A stretch of 64,000 nucleotides of DNA, taken from assembly GCF_009914755.1 (NCBI RefSeq), contig NC_060926.1. One strand, written 5' to 3'. Origin of the DNA: the human T2T-CHM13v2.0 reference genome, Homo sapiens. Position numbers and translations under genes: made by a program. This document shows, piece after piece, positions 31,250-45,659 of this stretch (position 1 is the stretch's first letter; each line of letters opens with the position of its first letter). The notes beneath the pieces were generated by a model. The model did no database searches. It saw only the letters and a list, made by a program, of their open reading frames with translations, and was not told where the DNA came from.

Positions 31250-31292
31250 TAATAGATAGGCAATGTACTAATAGATAGGCAATGTACTAATA
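31250..31292. repeat. Perfect 19-bp tandem duplication
   Basis: taatagataggcaatgtac x2 followed by taata. Confidence 0.92.
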
Positions 31293-34200
31293 TTTCATGA
31301 GAAATATTTTTATATCAGGGTCAGAGTAGTCCTGAATTTTTACATTCTTATAAATAAGAAACACAGTGTCCTAAGATAACAAGAGACATTTTTAGATATC
31401 TTGAATTAAGCAACTCAGTAGTTCCCTTGAAAGAAAAGGAATGGGAAGCAATGTAGTCATTATTACTTATTCCAAATCTCTAATTGTGTTTTTAAAATTT
31501 TGCATTTTAAAAATAAAGACTGCTCCAAAAGACCCTAACAGCTCAAGAATATCCACTGCTTTCTTATTGCTATCCTGTATTATTTTGCTAGCTGTCAAAT
31601 ATTTACTAAGAGAAAAACAGTATATAGTTTTGAGAAATCAGGTTGCAAGAAAAGCCTCCAATCCTCTCCACTTGCGAGGGATAGTCAAAAACACATTTTC
31701 CTTGAGCATGAACAGTACATGTTAAATTAGTTATAAGACATTACTTAAAACAGATACTGTCACCAATATCAGAATTACAAGGATTGACACAAACAGGTTT
31801 ATTCCACATCCTTGTACCCCCTTTCACTTTATTCCCTACAATCCTGTCCTCTGACTCCAATCCTACATTTTTTTCTGTTTCTTGAAAAAGTCATGCTCCT
31901 TCTCAACACAGGGCCCTTGCACATGCTACTGCTTGTGCTTAGAACACGGTTTCCCTACCCTCTACTTTTTCTGCTCCCTCATATCTTAGGATAAACCATT
32001 ATTTCTGGGAGGAAGCTTCCAAAGACCCTCCAGCTTAGGTCCAGGCCCTTTGTTGCAAGCATGCAAGTGTGCAACTATAATTACTACGTGTTGCCCTTCA
32101 CCATAAGAACGATGTATGACATCAGGGACCACTGTTTTCTCCTCTTTATATCCCCAGCAGTGAGCAAAATGTGGGGCACACAGCGACAGTCAGAACGATT
32201 CCTTCAGTGATGAAAGAAACCATCATGTACACCCCTGTATGAGACAGTATTAGTGAATTCCAAAATGGTAGTGTTGACACCTCACGGAGTTTGAAAACCT
32301 CTATGGGAGAAAAGACACATGTGAACCAAAGAGAAAATTTAGGCAAATTTTCATGAAACTTATGGACTGAACAAAGGTGGCTTAGGTGACTGCTGAGAGC
32401 CATTTCATATCTGGGATTCTGAAAGAATAAGGAAAGAAGGTAAGAAAACACCTGTGTGGGACAAACATGAGCAAACATACTGAGGAAGAAAGGAGTGAAC
32501 AATACTCAGGAAAGAATAACCAGACCACACTAAATGGAGAGCAGAAGGGCTAAGTTATGAGGACAGGGAGTAAGCATGGGTGCCAGGCAGCCTGAGGAGG
32601 GGGTGCCTTCACCCGGTACTGTGGTACACTGGTTTCCATCAGTGCAAACTAGCCAGGGGCCACCACAATAGGAAATGCTTTTCAAGATACACAAGTGATG
32701 GGTAGCTTTTTAAAAAGTTGGCAACGTAGAAATAATTCTTAAAAATTAAATGTTATTTAATAATAAAAATGACAGTTTTACATGAATATGATTACAAAGT
32801 GGTAAGAGAATCAGGATAAATATCCACATGATGACTTAATCACTTAGGAAAGGGTTCAGCTACAATAACAGAAAGTCATTCCTACCTACAATGGGTTAGC
32901 CAGATTGAGGTTGACTTCCTTCTCACATTTGAAACCAGGGCAGGCAGCTCAGGATTTGGTGAGGCAGTTCCATCAAGTCACCCCTGACCAAGGCTCTTTC
33001 TGTCCTTTCACAATCTTTGAGGTATAGCTCTTATCATTAAGGTCGCAAGATGGATCATCTCCACACCAGCTCTGTAAAAACCCAGCCCTGGTATAGATTT
33101 GTATGATATTACATTTCTGCAGTAAATTATAGGGTCATGCCTGGCTAAAGAGATTCAGAAATAGAGAATTTGTGTTCCTGGGGATCCACAGAGAGCTTCC
33201 AGGAGTCCTGGATATGAATTCAAAATCCACAGATGATGTTTTATGATGCATTAATTTCCCATCCAGCAACAGGCTAAAGAGTAGTGGTCTCACTACTGGA
33301 AATGCCCTAAACTTGGCACAGAAGGGAAGTTAGCACTGTCACACCAGATAGCCTGGGGCACTGACACTGCAGCAGCATGCCGCATCTAGGGTTCCAACCA
33401 AGAGAAAAAAAGCCTGCAGGCAAGAAGAGGCTCAGGACATCTCCTTAAAGCCCCTCCATTCACCTTTATCCTCCTACTCTATTATTTACCTTTTCTGCTC
33501 TCCTTGTCTCAGGCCAAGAGCCATGAAGAGTACTCATTCTTTGGGCCTCTTTTCTTCCTATTAGGTAGAAAGAAGGACTCCAACTCAAGTGGGGGTTCAA
33601 TTTGACAAAGAGAAATTCAAGCCCTTTCAGTTGGCTCTGTTATGTGGCAGAAAAAAAGATAAAAGAAACTGCTCCAATTTCATTATAAAAGAAAGCAAAC
33701 ATTAACAACTAAGTTAGAAAATATCCTAAGTTATCACATACAGACACACACACACAGACACACATGTTAAGACCTAAATCCAATATGAATAATAAAGAGG
33801 TTCAAATCACAAATCCCACACTAAAGTTTCCGATGATTTCATCAAAGCTGTGTTCTCTGAAGTTTCAGTGTTTTTAATACTCATGCAATTCCTGCTAAGA
33901 TGCCAGGGCTAATTCATCTTTGAAACAAGAAAACCTCTGCAAGTGCTAATGCTAATTCATATTTAAAGCAGAATACCACTGGCCATGCTTATGTTGGACA
34001 CAATGTTATTTCAGGATCTCATTTCAGTTTTTAAGCAATAGTTTATTCCCAGAACAGCCATAAGACATGTCTAAGTGAAAAAGTTAAAAATTGATTCACA
34101 CAGTGAGAAAGAAGAACAAGTAGTAGGGCAGAGGTGGAATAAGTGTTTAGAAGAGAGGGAAAACGTGAGGTGGAGAAAGATACTGTTTGCTAGAGCCCAA

Positions 34201-34597
34201 GACACATCAGACTTTATTGCAATTATTGAGTTGTCTGGCATCAATTGAAGCCCTTTTAGGAACTACCTTATTTCCTTGATTTTTTAAAAGCACATTTTTT
34301 TCACATTTAACTTCTCTGAAACCTGGATGTAACTTACCCTTAATGGTATGTTATAGTTTTATTGGAAGTATATAAAATAATGATGCTTCTTACAACTTAA
34401 AGTGCCATACAATCAATAAAATATGCTATGTTCAACCTTCCCAGGACATTTGGGGGTATTATTTCATAAACTTATAATAGTGTACAAAACATCACTTTCT
34501 AGATCCTAACATTCCCATGCAGTAACAAACACTGGGAACAACTGATGTATACCCATTTTGTAATTTTACTTTTCCTTCATTTTTCTAAATATTTATT

Positions 34598-35215
34598 TAT
34601 TTACTTTTCTTATTTTATTTTATTTTTCCATGAGTTATTGGGGTACAGGTGGTATTTGGTTACATGAATAAGTTCCTTAGTGGTGATTTGTGAGATTTTG
34701 GTGCACCCGTCACCTGAGCAGCATATACTGCACCATTTGTAGTCTTTTATCCCTTGCCTGCTCCCTCTTTCCCCCCAAGTCCCCGAAGTCCATTGTATCA
34801 TTCTTATGCCTTTGCATCTTCATAGCTTAGCTCTCACATATTAGTGAGAACATATGATGTTTGATTTTTTATTCCCGAGTCACTTCACTTAGAATAATAG
34901 TCTCCAATTTCATCCAGGTTGCTACAAATGCCATTACTGCATTCCTCTTTATGGCTGAGTAGTATTCCATCATATAAATATACCAGTTTGTTTACCCACT
35001 CGTTGACTGATGGGCATTTGGGTTGGTTACACGATTTTGCCATTGTGGATTGTGCTGCTGTAAACATGAATGTGCAAGTATCTTTTCGTATAATGACTTA
35101 TTTTCCTCTGGGTAGATACCCAGAAGTGGGATTGCTGGGTCAAATGGTAGTTCTACTTTTAGTTATTAAAGGAATCTCCATACTGTTTTCCATAGTGGTT
35201 GTACTAGTTTACATT
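34598..35215 (-). mobile_element. 5'-truncated L1PB 3' end
   Basis: gttattggggtacaggtggtatttggttacatgaataagttc...gggattgctgggtcaaatggtagttctac; aaatatttattt on both sides (TSD-like). Confidence 0.88.
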
Positions 35216-35698
35216 TTTCAAAATATTTATTTTACATCAGTGAAAGACATGCATAGAGCACAGTGTTGTAAAAGAAATGGAATCTATACTGTTTAGAATC
35301 ATAAAATACTAAAGGTTAGAAGGGTTCCTGGAGAACATCCACTGAAATCCTCCCATTTCACAAATGAAAAAGCTGAAGCTGGAGTCTTGACCTGCTCAAG
35401 GACCTCCAAATGGTCACCAGCCGAGCCAGCCACAGAACCCCATTTCTGGCTCCCACCTGATGCTGTATTCTTACCATTCTGTTCGTCCAGTATTTAGGCT
35501 GCTTTAAGCTGCTGCTTCTACATGACATCTTGGATAAAAGTATTAGATAAATAAACACTAGAACATAATTAGATGTATACATACATATATCCCAAAGCAC
35601 CTAGCTTTTTGAGTGTCAAAAAAAGACTATTTTTCTTCATTTTGTTTTGTTTTTTCACTTTTCATAGCTTCTCGCCAGAATAATTGCAAATACTGAAG

Positions 35699-35716
35699 TA
35701 GCCAGCAGAGGGAGTC
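35699..35716 (+). promoter_or_regulatory. CTCF-like motif
   Basis: tagCCAGCAGAGGGAGtc is a near-consensus CTCF core in unique sequence. Confidence 0.5.
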
Positions 35717-38624
35717 TTTATTTCTCAGTTTGTGCAAATAGAGAAAATATCATGTTTCGAAAACTGCAACCTTGTTAAAACTATGGGGTTTCTGTTTGAT
35801 ACAATCACAAGCTTGTGACAAAGTTAATATCTATTTTTTCAGAATTAGTAAATATTTGAATTTTTAAGATAAATGATTTCTACATATTAAACATTAATAA
35901 GAAGGATTGGGGGGGCATATGTATATATACATATGTGTCACCTCACCAGGAACCTTTCCTGGAACTCAAACTTGGAGTTTTCGCTGGGATTTCGAACAGT
36001 TATATCAAATTTTTTCTTCAAATATTGATAAAACTACCCAAGCTAATTTCAGTTTTGAAACTGCAAAATAATAATTCCTGGTATTTTCCCAAACAAAGCC
36101 TGAATGTATACGTTCAAATATGCATGTCTGATTAGGAGGCTTTCTGACAATGCTGTTCTTGCCAAAACAAATTTTGAATTCCTCTTTGAGAATTATCATA
36201 ATAGCAAGCATTTTTAATATCCTACAGGGGTAGAAAATCCTTATCCTTTCTAGGGGTTTAGAATCTGAAATTACCAAAAGTCTTGCTTCTTTTTTTTCCT
36301 GCCAAAAAAGAGATTATTATTTTTAATATTTGGCTTAGAGTTCTGGGGCACAGCCATGAGAGCCAGCCCTACAGACCGCCCCAAGCAGTAGTCTGAGACC
36401 GTTCATTAGCCCAGCTATTTTTAATCAGCCTTCACTGCCAAATGTGGAACATGCAGTACAGTGTGCAAAATCATGATGCCCAGCAACTGTACTCATGGGG
36501 GTTCAGCCCAGGTGTTCACAGTGGACAGGGGATCCTGGAATCTGCTGTGATCAGATCTCAGACCCCAAACTTATTATTAGCCATGAGTTTTAGACTCCTC
36601 ATACTGTAAAATGGGCAAAATGCTGGCAAACTGATAGCACTCAACTAATGTTAGCAATTATTATTATAAAATTTTGAAAGCAAAATAAGGCATTTCTGAA
36701 TAAGTCCCAAGAGACCCCTACAGTCCTGTTGAGCTCTAAGAAACTCTGACCTGATGGTTGAATCACTATGTCTTTGAGGCAAAACTGAGTGCACAGCAAG
36801 GAAAAGTAACTAGGAGAGCAAAAGGCAGATTGGCAGAAAAGGTGAGATTCGTCCCATGAAAAGACTACAGGTGAGAGGACAAATTACTGCAGCTACACGG
36901 TGATGAGTAGCTATGCAGTACATGTGCCCAGGCAATTCTGAGGGACAGCCTCCTGTGCTAGGTGGAGCAGAGGCCCGGACCTCTGTCCCACCTCTGTCAT
37001 TTATGAGCGAGGTGCTTTGGCCAAGACACTTAACTCTCTAAGCCAATTTTCCTCATCCAAAAATGGGTTTGGCCACCAAGCTTTTAGGGTTCTTATGAGG
37101 GTTAAAGTGAATGTGTAATCAATGCTGAACATGTTGTAGCTGCTATTTTTTATTGTTCTTTGTGAAGGGCAATACTCTGTGTGAAGGGTATACCAAATTG
37201 CCCACTGCAGCAAGTTGGAGCTAGATAAAGGTAATGAAAAGGCCTGAGCATTACAGCTTTTCATCCCAAAAGATGAGAAACTTGGCAAAAATTAAAGAAA
37301 AGCAACAGAGACAAATATTAGGAAGGAAATAGCAGGTCAGTATCTAAAGAGCTCAATCTTGCCTTTACAAAAATTGTTTTTATCCAACTAATTGGTAATT
37401 AGATACCAACTTTGTGCCTTCTATGTGCTGGGCATTGGGGTTCAATGATGATCAAAAGTAACAAGTTCTCACCATCATACAGCTAAGGTTCTATTAATAG
37501 TAACACCACTTGCCTACTGAAGCAACGTCTTAATACTAGACCTACTTTTATCCCTTTCAAATATACAACCCAGAAGTCCCCGTCTAATACTCCTTAGGAC
37601 ACTGAAAGGAGGAGTAATTAACCACCTATCTTGTATTTAAATCTACGTTCCCAAAGATTTTAAAAAATATATTCATCAGCGTATATAGTTGGATTCATTT
37701 TTTTTAATTCAAATTAGAGACCTTCTAAAGTTACAGAAAGGAAAGCAGTGGGAGCAAGCATTTGAAAGATATATTGTCTTTCTCTCCCTGGCTGAAATCT
37801 ATGAAGAAAAACCACTTCTTGTTTGACTCACTTTCTACTATGAAATCTTTGGATAACCACTTTAGGAGAATAGGGCACGGAAAGTTTAAATTCTCAGTCA
37901 CAGGGAAATTTAAACTGTTTATGAAACTAGTAAAACATGCCATTTCACAGGTGGGGAAAAAGGGAAATTCATATTTGTTAGACTTCTACTATGTGTGAAA
38001 TGCTTCTAAATATTTATTCTGTTGAATCCTCACAACTGTTCTGTGAGGAAGCATCATCATCCCCAAGATAGAGAAACTGATTCTCAGAGGGTTTTGAAAG
38101 AATGCTCCCAAAGCCAGGGCACTGGAGAGTGATGAAGCTGAACTCAAACTCTGGGTTTCCTGGCTCTAAAGCATACAAATAATCTGCTACAACACACTTC
38201 CTAAAAACTCACTTCTCAGGAAAAGAAACATTTCACTAAAATGCAAATACCATTCATCTGTGTGACACCCTTCCTGGTTGAGTATGCAACTAAGTTACTC
38301 TGTACAAAAGTAAAAAGGGCAGGAGAAATATCAAGGTTTAGCAAGAATGAGAACTCTGGATAAAAAGCAGTAACAATGCCCACTACCACTTCACTATCAC
38401 CTTCCAAGCAAGTCCACCATCTAAACTAAGACCACCATCCATGGCCTTCCACGACCCTCTTCTGCACAGGAAATCTGCTCTCTCCCCACTTATTACCATA
38501 CCTACAATCCCTATACAAGTAATAGAATATTATTTGCTCAAAAAGCATAGCTACATTTCATATCTGGCACCAGAATAACAAAAATCCCAGACAAATATTT
38601 ACTAAATGTCTAATATGTCCAAGG

Positions 38625-39090
38625 CACTTGTAGAGGAGATGGCGAGTTACCCACCAATATCCACCCTTCCTCTCTTCCTTCCTGATGAATCCTGATTCTG
38701 GTGAGGAGGGCAGTGTGCTACACTCCAGGCCCGCATTTCCTGACTCCTCTTGTATCCAGAGTTGGCCAACAAGATGTAAGCAGAAACTCCTGGTTACTCC
38801 ACAATGGCACGTTAACTGGTATAAAACTCACGAGCCTGTTCTTGGTCCTTCACATTCTCTGTGCAAAGACTGTAAACAGGATGACTGGAAATTTACATTT
38901 ATCTTTCCATAAAAGGAAAAAGGACCCACACTAGAGAAGAAATAATAGAAAGCGAGAAGGAGTTCAGTTGCCTGAGGACATTGTGGGGCTGCAACATTAG
39001 CTTTGGACTTATCCTTGTAAAGTGAAAGAAAAATAAATCTCTTTTCCTCCTTAATCCACAGTCCTTTGTGTTTTTTGGTTACATGAAATT
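38625..39090 (+). mobile_element. LTR16-like ERVL LTR
   Basis: tgtagaggagatggcgagttacccaccaatatcc...gcatttcctgactcctcttgta...aaaataaatctc. Confidence 0.55.
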
Positions 39091-40052
39091 ACATTCTGCC
39101 CATAAATGACAAAACATTTTAAAGATTTCTTCCTTTAAAATACTAAGATCTAGTTGTAAGACCAAAAATCAAAAGACAACTTTTGGAAACCAAATGGTGG
39201 TCCAAGATATACAAAAATAAACAAGATAGAGCAACTGAAAGTCATATTGTACACACCTATGGACGGCAATATGACTTAAATATTATTTAAAAGGTAATAA
39301 TAAAATTGATGTTACAGGGCTGTAGTGGTTGAATTGACAAATGAGTAATAAAGGTGGGTCCACTGATACTAAATCAAGGCACCTTGAAGATAAAGGTGAA
39401 GCAAAAGAGTCTTAGAAGGCTTTAGGATGAGAACACAGCCTGAGCCGACACTTAGGCAATAGACAGCATTTGGGAAAGCAAATGAGCCTGGTGTTGTCTA
39501 TAGGCTGCAGAGCACAATTCTGGGAGCAGAAGTGCAGATATACAGATTTTAAAAGCCGTTTGAAGCCCAAGGAGGCAAACGATATGCTGCAGTGAAGGCT
39601 TCAAGGGAAGCTGGGCAGGCTGAGGGCCAGGCAGGCCCTGGAGCATGGCAAATGCTAAGGAAGCCTGGACTGATTTTGTGCATGTTTAAAAGATTCTGGG
39701 AAAAATAGTGATGTGATGATGTGTTCTTTCCTCCACTAAATCACTTTTAGAAAATCATAGCAATTAGTCTAATTGTATGAGGAAAGAAATGATTATAACA
39801 TGAACTATTCTCTTATATGAATGGGGAATTAGATCTTCTCATAAATGGCATTGCTCCGTATTACACTCATGAATTTACAATTTTCAAAAGGATTTGAATC
39901 TTAAAAAAATATATGTCATTAAAAGTATCCCTTTTTTTCTCTGAGATTTCAGAAGATACTTCAGGATCTTGTGTGCTTATGAACATCTCCTGTAATTGTA
40001 GCATGGATGAAGAATGCAAAAATGTTTGCAAACATAACTTAAAAACAATGTT

Positions 40053-40408
<356 letters not shown>

Positions 40409-40589
40409 TCAGGATATGGATGTAAGGCCTTCTGACCTGGTAGTGTTTCCATAAAAGAATGTGAATTTTATATTATACTTAGTTTATACTTTACAATACT
40501 TGAGCCTTATGTTAACTCTCCGGGACCTTAAAATGTTTTCTTTATGTAATGTGCCAATCTGGAGTTCCAGGTATAAACTGTCTTTCTAT

Positions 40590-40624
40590 CACACACTCAC
40601 ACACACACACACACACACACACAC
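40590..40624. repeat. (CA)n microsatellite
   Basis: Direct observation. Confidence 0.9.
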
Positions 40625-43600
40625 TTGGCTGCTTACAATTGCTTTCTGAATAAAATGTTTTCTATGCTAGAGCATAAGGGAGTTGGTGGAGGTGCAGAGG
40701 AAGATGAAAGGATTTGCCTAAGCTAATTCCAGACTTGAATGGCAATTATACCCACCATAAGGCAATTTCATTTCCATATTAATTTCAGGAGGTAACACGT
40801 ATCTAGGAGAAGCATACTGGAAGTCACAAGATCTAGATTCTATTTCTAGCTCTGCCACTGACCTTCTGGGTGACCTTGCATAAGTCACTCAACACCCAAG
40901 AGACTCAGTCTTCTCATTTGAAAAAGTAAAAAGCTACAACCTAGTGATGATCTGAGAAAAATGCGATGAGGTAAAAGATTCATTCACAATGTTTGCTGAG
41001 GATGTGATCGTTTCTGAAGCACATGAGGAACGTTCTTCACCAGAACCTTAATTCACTTAAATCAGAGAAATCAGATCCTAATAGAATTTGGAAGTGAACA
41101 TTTTCTTTCCAATTTACTTGATAGAGAATCTACCAAAATACCTTTCTTCTCAAAGATCAAGGCGTACTTTCTCTGCTACAAAATAGATCTATACCACATG
41201 AAGGGCCATGTTTAAAATTCAAGTTCCTAAGCACTACCAGAGACACTTACAGCCACTTGGATCAGACACACTACCTGATAAGAAAATTACTCCCTATTGC
41301 TACGGAGCATTTTCAGAATGCTCTCAGCCTTTTAAATGATTAGGATTCCATTTGATAAATTATTTGTCAAGGGCCACTCATTCAGGATGAGTGAACTTTA
41401 CACCAAACCTGTGGAAAAAGCACCTGCCTTCATGGGAAAATAAGTTGCTCCCCAAATTCTCTGAGAAATGCTTGTACTGATTTATAAGATCATTTAAAAT
41501 TATGGCATATATGGAAAATAAATTAATTACAAGTATGAAATAACTTCTTATATTGGAAGAAAAAATTAATCATGGTGTGACCAGGGCAGATGGATGATTT
41601 TTAAATCAGAAAATACCCAACTCCTAAAATAAAAGACATTAAGATCTTCAGAACAATCAAATGGGTATTTTCGGAGTTAAAATATCACGAGAAGCACATA
41701 ATGGTGTGCTAAATTATATAAACACCAAAATATGTGCACTCACTGAAAAAAATAGCATAGACTTGAGTCTAGGGAATTTTGACTTTTATAAATATTATAA
41801 CAGAAACTTGACAAGAAGCTTATTATTAAAATACCACGATAAATCACAATGAGGTGACCATTGGCAGCTCAGATGTAACATCAATAATAACCACCGCTTT
41901 CCAGAGTAATCTTGTTTTCCTACTTGGCAAACAGTGCTAGAAGTTATTTTTCTAGCCAAGTTTTCCCATAACCAATTTCCCCTAGGCTAATTGTTCAAAC
42001 TCCTTGAAAATTACAGCATTCTTTCCTAATGTTTTATAATAATTCTAAAATAATAAAAATAATTTACATATTTTACTATAACCATGAAAATATAAAATAT
42101 TTGGTTCACAGAATTATAGACACAAATAAGACTGAAGATATTATTTACTGAAAACTCCTCAGTTTGTTATACAGATGAGGAAGTAAAGACTCCAAGAGTT
42201 TACTGGATTTGCCCAAAGTCACAGGGCTAGTAAATGGAGAGTCCAGATAGTACATTTTCCATCATACCAACATGTCATCAAAAACAAACCATATGATAGA
42301 AGTTTCTTAGTCAATCTAAACTGCAATATTAACCGGATAAAGAAGAATTCAAACATGAGAACATAGACTTGATAAATGTTAATATGCCTTTTCACATCCT
42401 CAGTGAGTCCAGGAACCTATATTGTCATTATTAATGCACTGCTAAGTCCAATTCCAAATAAAAGTTAAAACCCAAAGCAAAATATTTTTAATTAAATTTG
42501 CTTACAATTAGCAAAAGGCCTCAAGAAAGATAAAGAACTCATGTTGGCAAAATTATCATATAGCTGTTCCAATGCCAAATAAAATATTCTCAGTAAATAA
42601 ATGGTTGACTGGATAAGAAAATAAGCTGAAAATCTAAAAATTAAAAATAGTAAAGAGGCACTTCGTTTTTAAAAACTATAGCCACTTTAACTGTTAGATT
42701 TGCCATGTTTCAAATAAATTGCAACATGACCTTTGACTTAATGGAATGCACTGATAGTTAACAGTTAACTATTAAAAGTTGAGTTCAAAAATAAACACTA
42801 CAGTTTCTAGTGTCACCAAAACCATTTGGTAAGCATATTGCCAAAACTGAGTTTTAGTGCCTTCCTTCTCAATGCGACAGATTTGATTCTTTAAGAAGTC
42901 CAGTGCAATGTTCTTATTTTGGAGAGTTACAAGAAAAGTTTACTATGACTACATGACATGGTTGCATATACCACCTTGTAAAATGCAATGCTGTAAGTGA
43001 GACATAAAAATAATCTTTACAAAAAACTAATAAATAAAATATTTTCATACACAGGATTGACTGCATTAATAATTAACAGAAAGCCCTTTCACAGGGGAAT
43101 TTAATGGAAAGTTTTTCTTAAGCAAATACGCAGAAGCTCAATAGAAATGGGTAGAAACCTGAGAATAAACTGGTAACACATGTTTAAACAGTAAAATAAT
43201 TGTATAGTCTATTCAACAATGAAGAGATTGATATATTATGAATTATGGTGAAACAAAGAAACTATTCCTTAGTAAACAAATATAAGACATAACAGCAGAT
43301 TTCCTACTGAGCTAAAAACAAAGAGGCTTGAAGTTACAGTAGAAAGAAAAAAAAGGAAAAGTTTCAATACAGTCTCTAAATCACAGTGACCTGAAATCGA
43401 GATCAAACTTCTTTTAGGTGAAAGTTTTTAACTATAGCGATGTCCTAGCGCAGTATTATTTTTCCTAGTTCAATTCCAATAATATGTCCTTTAATTTTAC
43501 CTACAACTTTAATGAATTATAGGCTCTTTCAAGGGTATGTAAGTAAAGCTTCCTATGTATTAATAAACACACAGTAACAGGGGAAAAAAAGCAGCAAGAA

Positions 43601-43635
43601 AAATTAAAGAAAAAAAGGATAAAGAAGTCACATAC

Positions 43636-43698
43636 CCTTTTCTGTAGAATTATTGGCGTTATTGCAGGCAGAGTGACTCTTCTTGCACTCAAACTCAT
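43636..43698 (-). CDS. GRB14: Candidate alternative first coding exon of GRB14 (21 aa, MSLSARRVTLPAITPIILQKR)
   Basis: ATG with G at -3 (gcaggcATG), exactly 63 nt, then strong donor AGG|gtatgt in phase 0, matching the phase-0 acceptor at 23129. Non-repetitive sequence. I recall a short GRB14 isoform with such an N-terminus but did not verify it. Confidence 0.8.
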
Positions 43699-43699
43699 G

Positions 43700-44120
43700 C
43701 CTGCTCTTCTTAGAATGATCCTGTCTCGTAGGTCATGGACAAAATAAAAGAAATCTTTTATGGTTACTCCTTGGGAATCTCAGGGCTCAGTGCAATGAAA
43801 CAACTAGGAAAGTAATAAATGTCACCCTGCTTATGTGATTCCAATCTACCCAAAGCCAATTAAGGATGGCTGTGGGACAGGACAAGGCAGCAACCAATCA
43901 AAGCCCGGAAAACCCCGCCTTTGTCCTTGGAAACACATTCTGATACTTTTGTTTATGATATTTAAAGAACCAGATTAACAGGCATCTAGTTCGCTCAACT
44001 TTTTTTCCAAAACAGTGCAATTCAATGCCATCTTTGTTGACTAGGCAGTTATGTCTTTACTAAAGCATTTCAACATATGGCAGATAAGAATCTGTTTACA
44101 TTGGTCTATTTAAAGTATAT
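43700..44120 (-). promoter_or_regulatory. Putative internal promoter for the alternative GRB14 exon
   Basis: Three CCAAT pentamers (about 43841, 43856, 43894; best AACCAATCA) and a GC box (CCCCGCC, 43913-43919). Forkhead-like TGTTTAC and GATAAG near 44080-44100. Motif evidence only. Confidence 0.5.
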
Positions 44121-45397
44121 AAATATATTAATGAACTAAATTTACTTATGCTATTCATAAAATTGATGAAGAGATCAACTGGAACATACACAAGGCACAA
44201 AAAATAATCCTGAGGTTAGAATTGGCACAAAGTGTTAATTTCTATGGTATAATAAAAGAGTTTTAATATATATTAATATCTTTCATTTCCTAAACATTAA
44301 AATTTTTGTATTATAAGCCTTCCAGCTATCCTTGATATCACACACTGTTAAATATTATTTTAACAATAAACCTAAATAATAGTATTAAATACAAAGAGGG
44401 GATTAAACTACAATATATCAATCTCAAATACTTATGTTTTTAAAAAGCACAAATGTGTGTGATGTAGCATATTTCATTCCATTAAAAGCATTTAAAAAAT
44501 AACCACTGCCAAAACTTTCTCAAAATTTTAATGACCATTTTGCATTTCTTCTCATAAAAACTGAAAAGTTTATTCTAATGTTTCTAGGGGAGGGAGGCTG
44601 GAGGAGGTTTACAATGGAAAACATCTATAACTAACAAGAAAAATTTCAATGAAGTCTAAATAAAAAATGAAAGAAACACTCAAAAATGACAAAAAGGATT
44701 GCAACGTTAAAACTAATCTGAGCTTTTACAATTGTAAAATCTCTTCTGGACTGACATCTGGACAAGCTTCACTGAACTGCTCAATGCTCTTCAATCCTGA
44801 CCCACTGCCTTCAGCGGGAGAAGAACTGGTAATTTCCAGATTACAATGTGGTTGTTGTAGTAACAAGGCAAAATGGAAGATACTCAGCAACACAGACACA
44901 AACTTTCCATTTCGTTATCTTGACTGCTACTAGGCAGTGTTCACTTTACTGCTTTATACATAAGTGAGTTTAATATGCATGGTGAGCTCATATTCCTCAA
45001 AAGAAAAAAGAGACACTACAACTCCAAGGATCCCTGCTTTGAATTTCAAAACCAAAAATCCCTCAGAATGGTAGTTGGGAGTGGCAGTAATGCGCTTAAT
45101 ATAAAAAGTCACAGATCTATTTTGGAGGCATTAATTAATTTGATCCTTATCCAGTTAGGTTTATCATGATCTTTTAAAAGAAAATTACCAAGAAAGGAAA
45201 TACCAACTAATACAGCGATGGGGGGTTAGCATTTGTGAAGTAAAAGATTCTGTTCTAACCTTGAGCTACTTTTCAGCAAGCCAACAATAACAAAGACCAT
45301 GGTAACAAATAATTTCAAGAATATCACCCATAATATTTGGCCTTATCTGTCTTCTTTTCTCAATTTAGCCTTCAAATATTACAAAGTGTTATCTCTG

Positions 45398-45659
<262 letters not shown>

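Noticed and set aside
33274-33297. Small hairpin agtagtg-gtct-cactact as a structured ncRNA
   Set aside because: A 7-bp stem is expected by chance, and there are no snoRNA, tRNA or snRNA motifs around it.
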